A stretch of 64,000 nucleotides of DNA from Armatimonadota bacterium (GTDB lineage: Bacteria; Armatimonadota; Fimbriimonadia; Fimbriimonadales; Fimbriimonadaceae), in assembly GCA_037141835.1 (NCBI GenBank), contig JBAXBU010000007.1, forward strand, positions 365-64,364, read 5' to 3'. The notes below the pieces were generated by a model. That model did no database searches and had not been told where the DNA came from. It saw only the letters and a program-made list of their open reading frames with translations. Made by a program: the position numbers and the translations under genes. The number at the start of each line of letters is the position of its first letter. Positions within the stretch are counted from its first letter, which is position 1. Below are positions 57,708 through 64,000 of the stretch, one piece after another.

Positions 57708-59711
57708 CTAGTTTACGACTTCAGCCGCGCCTAATGTTGCTTGATCAGTCTTGAAAGTGAATACCGCTGGAGCGGCACCAGAACGAGTAGGATTTACTCC
57801 TCTTACGATCATCGAGACTTGCTTTGTACTGCTGACGTATAGAGCAATTTGAGCTGGCGTTAATTCCAGTACTTTCGATACACCTGTTGGAGACAATCCA
57901 AACGTCGTTACTTGCTCATAGACTCCTTTCTGCACGTTTAGCAAAGAAACAAGGGCCGAAGAGCCCGTTGCTCCTGATGCTTTGAGAAAGACTCGAAGGG
58001 TGTCTACTCCGCCGCTAAAAGGAATGGTGTAAACACTATTGAATCCAGCGACTTGACCCAATCCACTTACTGATTTGGATTGAATGTCAAGAGTGACCGA
58101 GTCCGGGCTGTACAAGCTGGTCTTGTTTCCAGACATCAAGGTACCGGCGACAGTGGTTACTCCCGAAGGAAGTACCTGGAGAAGGTCTGTGTCGGGCAAG
58201 CTGACCTTGAAACTCTTAATAAAGGTTTGCCATCTGCCATTTGTTCCGGCTCCCATACCAACAGCCCAAAATGTGCTTGAGTCATTAGGATCAAGCTCAA
58301 GATCAAAATAGTCACCCCATCGTGAGGAGAAGCCATTGTAGGTTCCAGATAGAGAATTCTCCAAAACAATTGGAGCACCCATTGTCCCTGGTGGATCTGA
58401 TGGTCGTCTTCCACTGGCCATTACTTTGCCAGGAGTCGATGAGCCAATCATCGAGAACGTCATTCCGATTCCTCCTTTCTTATCGATTTGGACAGCTGGG
58501 AAGGAATATCCATGACCGGTAGGCGGATTAACTTGTCCTGATTGGAATAGAGTCGGAGTGCCCGAAACTGGCCATCCGTTGGTTTTGAAGTCATACCAAC
58601 GAGCCGCTGGCCGCCGATCTGAACCCGAAACTGCTACGGAGTGGCTAGATAGAATTCGACCGTTCCATGACGTAGCTACCAGTTGACGTGGATCGTTTGT
58701 TTGCACCTGAACACCACCCGGACCAGTGATAAATCCTTGATCATTGTCCCATTTTGGTACAGCAACAGAAGCCTGCGTAACGTTAAACGACGAGCCAGAC
58801 TTGGTTATGGCTGTCAGAGTCATCGACGTCTGAGATTCGGTATTAACCGCATAGACAGCTGGCGTCGTAGCGTCCTCTGTCTTAGCAAGTTGGACAGTAA
58901 ACCCGCCACTCTTGAATTTGAATGGTGTTGCCGTTCCGCCATACAGGGTTGCTTTGTCAAACGCCATGATTTGAACACCATTGAATCCAGAACTGCCGGT
59001 CATGGCAAACATGTTCCCGGTCATACAAATCATATCTTTGTTGTAACCCAAGCCCGGATAGTCTAGCCAGTAGCTGTTTGATCCTTCAGTTTGCTTGTTG
59101 TCAACTTTATAAAGTTTCCAAGTTCCGGTTGGATCAGAAGTGTTTGAAACCGCAATCAGGAAGCTCGATGTCCCGTTGGTTGCTTCGTCTTTGAGCCCCA
59201 AATCAAGAACAACGAATCTCTTTGCAATTTGGTCGTAGATGACTTTGGGATCGAAATCAAATGCTTCTGGAGATATCGATTGAAAGAACTGCTGTCCTGG
59301 TTGCTCAAAGAGTTTTGTGCCAGTCTTAGTAAAGAAGGCGATGTTGGAATTAACGACTTCTACAATATGATTTGGGCCAACAGCGAGATCTGGATCGGGT
59401 GGTTCAAGACTTGTTGCCGAAATCCCAGGAAATCTGGAATTGTTTCCAAGGTTTATTCTGGATTCTGTGAGCGTTCCACCTGCAATCAGGTTGTTCAATT
59501 GCCCAAGAGGATAATTAAACTTCAATTCGTGATCCTTTTCCATAACATTTGGACGAAATGTTGTGTTGATTTGAGGATTGAATTTCTTAGTGTCGAGGGT
59601 AACGCCTAGGACCGATTTTCCGATTCCCATTGACTTGATCTGCCCAAAGGAAACAGCCGAAACGGCACTAACCAAAAGTACAGACCCAAGAGTTTTAAGC
59701 AATTTGTTCAT
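57708..59711 (-). CDS. Secreted 667-aa protein of the PPDP..GPNH family with shared C-terminal domain
   Basis: Signal peptide MNKLLKTLG; PPDPDLAVGPNHIVEVVN, FDPKVIYD, DYP, RWGDY motifs; function unknown. Confidence 0.8.
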   Translation of the reverse strand: MNKLLKTLGSVLLVSAVSAVSFGQIKSMGIGKSVLGVTLDTKKFNPQINTTFRPNVMEKDHELKFNYPLGQLNNLIAGGTLTESRINLGNNSRFPGISATSLEPPDPDLAVGPNHIVEVVNSNIAFFTKTGTKLFEQPGQQFFQSISPEAFDFDPKVIYDQIAKRFVVLDLGLKDEATNGTSSFLIAVSNTSDPTGTWKLYKVDNKQTEGSNSYWLDYPGLGYNKDMICMTGNMFAMTGSSGFNGVQIMAFDKATLYGGTATPFKFKSGGFTVQLAKTEDATTPAVYAVNTESQTSMTLTAITKSGSSFNVTQASVAVPKWDNDQGFITGPGGVQVQTNDPRQLVATSWNGRILSSHSVAVSGSDRRPAARWYDFKTNGWPVSGTPTLFQSGQVNPPTGHGYSFPAVQIDKKGGIGMTFSMIGSSTPGKVMASGRRPSDPPGTMGAPIVLENSLSGTYNGFSSRWGDYFDLELDPNDSSTFWAVGMGAGTNGRWQTFIKSFKVSLPDTDLLQVLPSGVTTVAGTLMSGNKTSLYSPDSVTLDIQSKSVSGLGQVAGFNSVYTIPFSGGVDTLRVFLKASGATGSSALVSLLNVQKGVYEQVTTFGLSPTGVSKVLELTPAQIALYVSSTKQVSMIVRGVNPTRSGAAPAVFTFKTDQATLGAAEVVN

Positions 59712-59849
59712 GATTTGGCTCGCTCTGGAACTCAAATTATATCTGGAATGGCAACGAATTTTGACGAGATTCCTCAAAGACACTTAAATGGCGTGAAATG
59801 CCATCGAACTTGAAGGTGGTATTAACGGCTTTTGAGCATGATAAGAAAC

Positions 59850-59885
59850 AAAAAAGACCGTGCCAATTTGGCACGGTCTCTTTTT
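59850..59885 (-). terminator. Rho-independent terminator of 59898-61901 (near copy of 57657-57688)
   Basis: AGACCGTGCCAA-T-TTGGCACGGTCT flanked by A and T runs. Confidence 0.85.
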
Positions 59886-59897
59886 CATGAATAGAAC

Positions 59898-61901
59898 TTA
59901 GTTTACGACTTCAGCCGCACCAAGGGTTGCTTGATCGGTCTTAAAGGTAAACACTGTCGGAGCAGCACCTGGTCGAGTTGGACTCACAGCTCTTACAATC
60001 ATTGATACTTGCTTTGTACTGCTTACGTACAGAGCAATTTGAGCAGGTGTGAGTTCAAGAGCTTTCGAAGCACCGGATGGCGTCAAGCCAAAGGTTGTTA
60101 CTTGCTCATAGACTCCCTTCTGAACATTGAGCAATGAAACAAGTGCGGAGGAACCAGTTGGTCCCGAAGCAGTAACGAAGGCTCGCAGGGTATCAACACC
60201 ACCGCTGAACGGAAGCGTATAAACGCTATTGAATCCACCAACTTGTCCCAAACCGCTAACCGCCTTTGATTGAATGTTCAAGGTGACTGCATCTTGGCTG
60301 AATAGGCTGTTCTTGTTGCCAGACAACAAGGTTCCTGCAACTGTAGTAACTCCAGACGGCATTACTTGAATAAGTTCAGAATCAGGCAAGCTGACCTTAA
60401 AGTTCTTCATGTAGGTTTGCCATCGACCGTTACTTCCTGCACCCATACCAACGGCCCAGAAAGTACTGGAATCATTTGGATCAAGTTCCACGTCGAAATA
60501 GTCACCCCATCGAGTCGAGAAGCCGTTGTATGTTCCTGAATTGGAATTCTCCAAAACAATAGGAGAACCCATGGTTCCCGGTGGATCACTTGGTCTTCGA
60601 CCTGTACCCATTACCTTTCCTGGAGTCGTTGTACCGATCATTGAGAAGGTCATGCCGATGCCGAACTTCTTGTCAATGTTAATCGCAGGGAATGAGTAGC
60701 CATGTCCAGCTGGTGGATTAACTTGACCAGATTGGAAAAGAGTTGGAGTGCCGGAAACAGGCCATCCATTAGTCTTAATGTCGTACCATCGAGCTGCTGG
60801 TCGCAAATCTGAGTTTGAAACTGCTACGTGATGGCTGGTAACGATTCGACCGTTGTACGATGAAGCAACAAGCAGTCTTGGGTCGTTCGTTTGAACGACA
60901 ACGTTACCTGGGCCAACAAGGAATCCTTGATCATATTCCCATTGAGGAACAGGAACAGAAGCCTGTGTTGTAGTTATTGCTGATCCAGATTTTGAGAGCG
61001 CAGTGAGCAGAATTGAATTTTGTGACTCAGCTTCAATCGCATAAACAGCCGGATTTGTTCCGTCAAGCGTCTTCGTGAATTGGGTCGTACCATTGTTAGG
61101 CATTGAGAACGAAGTTGGCGTTGCGGTTCCACCATAAAGTGTTGCCTTGTTGAAAGCAACGAGCTGAACACCGTTGTATCCAGTGCTTCCGTCCATTGCA
61201 AACATGTTTCCGGCCATACAAATGAGATCCTTGTTGTAGCCAAAACCAGGGTAGTCCAACCAGTATGTGTTTGATCCAACTGTTTGGAGGTTACTGACCT
61301 TGTATTGCTTCCAAGTTCCAGTAGGGTCAGATGTGTTTGAAACGCCAATAAGGAAGTCAGAGATTCCTCCAGATGTTGCAAACTTGAGACTCAAAATGAT
61401 GACAACCCATCTCTTAGCTACTTGATCATAAATAACTTTAGGATCAGACTCAAAAGGCTCAGGTGAAACCGAACTGAACCATTGGTCAAGAGGCTGTTCA
61501 AAAAGCTTGGTTCCTGTTTTAGTGAAGAAAGCAATTGAGGTATTTACGACTTCGACAATGTGGTTTGGTCCGACTCCGAGGTCTGGATCAGGTGGCTCAG
61601 CACCAGTGGAACCCATTCCTTTAAACAAAGGACTTGTCAAGGAAATTCGGGTACCCGAAAGGGTGCCACCGGCAATAAGGTTGCTGGGTTGACCAAGGGG
61701 GCGCCGTCGATCCAGTTCATGCTCGCGCTCCATCTGTGTTGCCCGAAAAGTTGTGTTAATTTGGGGTTGGAATGATTTCATGTCAACGGTCTTGCCGACA
61801 TAGGATTTTCCAACACCCATTGGTATGATCTGACCGAAGGAAACTGCCGATACAGCAGCTACCAAAAGTACAGCCCCAAGGGTTTTCAGTGATTTATTCA
61901 T
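59898..61901 (-). CDS. Secreted 667-aa paralog of 57708-59711
   Basis: Same length and motifs; C-terminal TFKTDQATLGAAEVVN identical. Confidence 0.8.
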   Translation of the reverse strand: MNKSLKTLGAVLLVAAVSAVSFGQIIPMGVGKSYVGKTVDMKSFQPQINTTFRATQMEREHELDRRRPLGQPSNLIAGGTLSGTRISLTSPLFKGMGSTGAEPPDPDLGVGPNHIVEVVNTSIAFFTKTGTKLFEQPLDQWFSSVSPEPFESDPKVIYDQVAKRWVVIILSLKFATSGGISDFLIGVSNTSDPTGTWKQYKVSNLQTVGSNTYWLDYPGFGYNKDLICMAGNMFAMDGSTGYNGVQLVAFNKATLYGGTATPTSFSMPNNGTTQFTKTLDGTNPAVYAIEAESQNSILLTALSKSGSAITTTQASVPVPQWEYDQGFLVGPGNVVVQTNDPRLLVASSYNGRIVTSHHVAVSNSDLRPAARWYDIKTNGWPVSGTPTLFQSGQVNPPAGHGYSFPAINIDKKFGIGMTFSMIGTTTPGKVMGTGRRPSDPPGTMGSPIVLENSNSGTYNGFSTRWGDYFDVELDPNDSSTFWAVGMGAGSNGRWQTYMKNFKVSLPDSELIQVMPSGVTTVAGTLLSGNKNSLFSQDAVTLNIQSKAVSGLGQVGGFNSVYTLPFSGGVDTLRAFVTASGPTGSSALVSLLNVQKGVYEQVTTFGLTPSGASKALELTPAQIALYVSSTKQVSMIVRAVSPTRPGAAPTVFTFKTDQATLGAAEVVN

Positions 61902-62010
61902 GATTCAGCTCGCGCTAATACCTGAATTATAACAGAATCCTGGGTGAAACATGCGAAGTTTGAACCATGGGCAAACTTTCTCCTGTTAATTCGACTTGTA
62001 TAATAGTCTC

Positions 62011-63228
62011 ATGCTTCGTCGAGTTCGCGAAATCTGCTTTATTTCATTGGCTATCTCACTGATTTCTTGCGGTGGATCAGGGCCATCTGTTCCTCCTGGT
62101 CCGGCAATTCATGGACAAGTCGTTGCAAGGGGTTTGTCGGCTCCGATGCTCTATGTAGCTGCCCCTGGAGAACCGACTAAGGCATACGTAATCGAGCGTT
62201 CCGGTAAGGTCAAACTACTGGTAAACGACGTCTTGCAATCAACCGATGTACTGGACATTACGGGCACGGTTGTGACCGCCGGAGAATGCGGACTGTTGGG
62301 TATTGCATTCGATCCCAACTACGCCACTAACAGGCATGTTTTCCTGCACTACAATGCCGGAAGTCCAATTGAGACTCGAATCGTCCGTTACACCATGAAT
62401 CCTGGCGGCACCTCGCTTGGAAGTCCGTTCCCGATCTTCTCTTTCCAGCAAACTTCAGAGACTAACCATAAGGGAGGAGCCATCAATTTTGGAACTGGTG
62501 GATACCTATTTATGATGACCGGCGACGGGGGCGGGGGCAACGATCCAAATAACTATGCCCAAACACCAAATTCGTTCTTTGGCAAAATTCTACGCATAGA
62601 TGTTAACACCGATGATTTTCCAAGCGATTCTAACCAGAATTACGGAATCCCTTCATCAAACCCGTGGGTCGGTGTCAGCGGAGTGAATCCGGAGATTTGG
62701 GGTTTTGGAATGAGGAATCCATTCCGGTGGTCAATAGATCCTGTTACTGGAGGATTGCTTATCGCAGATGTTGGGCAAGACGCGTATGAAGAATTGAATT
62801 ATGAGCCTGCATTTACTGGAATGAGGAACTATGGTTGGAATATGCGAGAAGCTCTCCATGCTTCTGGGAACACAGGTCCCGCATTTTTCACCCCGCTAAC
62901 GAACCCAATTCTTGAATACAGTCATGGATTTGGAGAGACAATTATTGGTGGATTTATCTATCGAGGAACGGCTCTTGATTCATCATTTCAAGGCAAGTAC
63001 TTCTTTGCTGACTACATCAGCGCAAAGATCGCTTCCATTCCTTTTTCTTTAACCGGTGCAGAAGCAAATTCGGTGGCTCAAGGCTCAATTGCCAATCATA
63101 CGTCCGCAATCAACATTAGTTTGGCTGGAGACGCGATTTCAGGGCCGGTATCGGTGACTCCCGATGCCAATGGCGAAATTATGATTTGTGATCTCAACAA
63201 CGGAACATTGATCCGCCTAATTCCTTAA
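62011..63228 (+). CDS. PQQ-dependent sugar dehydrogenase (glucose/sorbosone dehydrogenase) family lipoprotein
   Basis: Lipobox LISC; GECGLLGIAFDP, NHKGGAINFG, GKILRID, GMRNPFR, DVGQDAYEE. Confidence 0.9.
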   Translation: MLRRVREICFISLAISLISCGGSGPSVPPGPAIHGQVVARGLSAPMLYVAAPGEPTKAYVIERSGKVKLLVNDVLQSTDVLDITGTVVTAGECGLLGIAFDPNYATNRHVFLHYNAGSPIETRIVRYTMNPGGTSLGSPFPIFSFQQTSETNHKGGAINFGTGGYLFMMTGDGGGGNDPNNYAQTPNSFFGKILRIDVNTDDFPSDSNQNYGIPSSNPWVGVSGVNPEIWGFGMRNPFRWSIDPVTGGLLIADVGQDAYEELNYEPAFTGMRNYGWNMREALHASGNTGPAFFTPLTNPILEYSHGFGETIIGGFIYRGTALDSSFQGKYFFADYISAKIASIPFSLTGAEANSVAQGSIANHTSAINISLAGDAISGPVSVTPDANGEIMICDLNNGTLIRLIP

Positions 63229-63255
63229 AGTTCAAAGTTCGGATAGAATCCCAGA

Positions 63256-63624
63256 ATGGATTTAGGTTGGTGTGATGTCTGCCTTCGAGTTTCAAAGGCA
63301 GAGGCTTCGCGAAGGTTTTATCGTGACCTTGGTTTTTGGAAAGTCGAAGGTTCCGACGAAGAAGGTTGGGCAATCATTACCAATGGAACTTTGAGGCTTG
63401 GTTTGTTTGAGCCTCAATTCATGAGTACCGAAATATCTCTCAATTTCAGAGGCGGAAGCGTTGCTTCAATATGTGATGAACTTCGAGAAAAAGGACATTC
63501 TTTTACGACGGAGCCTAAACTTGTTGATGGTGGCGGATCGGCTTCTTTGATCGATCCTGATGGTCACGCAATCTTCATTGACTCTTTGCCAAACGAGACA
63601 AAGAAAGTGGATCCAATAGACTAA
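63256..63624 (+). CDS. VOC/glyoxalase family protein
   Basis: SRRFYRDLGF..LGLF..LIDPDGHAIFID. Confidence 0.85.
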   Translation: MDLGWCDVCLRVSKAEASRRFYRDLGFWKVEGSDEEGWAIITNGTLRLGLFEPQFMSTEISLNFRGGSVASICDELREKGHSFTTEPKLVDGGGSASLIDPDGHAIFIDSLPNETKKVDPID

Positions 63625-63625
63625 T

Positions 63626-64000
63626 TCATAAAGGGTCTTCTTCTGGATCGTACAAGCATCGCCCCTTGTTCTGGACGACTTCTTCTTCCTTGATGAGAGT
63701 TCCATCTAGCGATAAATATTTGCGACAAATTCGATTCTCCCTTGTCCAAACGTCACCTGACTTTTGAAATTGGTGATCCCTTTCTATCAACTCAACCCGC
63801 CATCCTGGATCTTCTTCAGACTGAATTTGACCAATCAAATGGGTTTCGCTAATTTGAAGCGAAATCCGAACCGGAAAATCATGAGGATTTTGGATCTTAA
63901 GGTCGGCATAAGGAAAGAAAATCGTAGCACCACAGCCAAAAGGCACACTTCGCCCATGGTCTGGAAAGAGGTCTAGTCCGTGACGGTGCCTCTCAACGAT
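63626..64000 (-). CDS. VanW-like protein, 3' part (gene starts beyond the window)
   Basis: Reading from the window end: IVERHRHGLDLFPDHGRSVPFGCGATIFFPYADL. Confidence 0.8.
   Translation of the reverse strand: MVERHRHGLDLFPDHGRSVPFGCGATIFFPYADLKIQNPHDFPVRISLQISETHLIGQIQSEEDPGWRVELIERDHQFQKSGDVWTRENRICRKYLSLDGTLIKEEEVVQNKGRCLYDPEEDPL

Noticed and set aside
1-64000. CRISPR arrays, IS elements, prophage genes, rRNA
   Set aside because: No regularly spaced short repeats, transposase or integrase motifs, phage structural genes or rRNA-like sequence seen.

Overview
Gene-dense bacterial chromosomal window with no mobile element, CRISPR array or rRNA. The gene content (two PEP-CTERM proteins, many secreted proteins, a shared lineage-type C-terminal domain) suggests Armatimonadota/Fimbriimonadaceae; this is an inference, not a database result. 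Housekeeping genes include galT, cysS, lexA, rsmI, lepA, nfo, a phosphomannomutase, a TrpG/PabA glutamine amidotransferase and tRNA-Val(GAC), plus two sugar ABC systems. Strongest signals: (1) a translationally coupled operon of ECF sigma / small anti-sigma-like protein / TPR-CHAT caspase-like protease / two secreted S8 subtilases (79-6534), a candidate CRISPR-independent proteolytic signalling system; (2) an exported thioredoxin split in the ORF track by an in-frame TGA exactly at the first Cys of the WCxxC motif (W-TGA-G-S-C), followed by a SECIS-like hairpin, i.e. a hidden selenoprotein (16500-16931); (3) a consensus sigma70 promoter of lexA overlapped by the palindrome CGTCTAC-N8-GTAGACG, a candidate SOS box unlike those I know; (4) a ~140-aa C-terminal domain shared by otherwise unrelated secreted proteins (55583-61901); (5) tandem EAL-HDOD paralogs with a 774-bp apparently identical core; (6) a LolA-like/cytochrome c fusion; (7) a recurrent leaderless promoter architecture (TAnnnT-6/7 nt-start codon).
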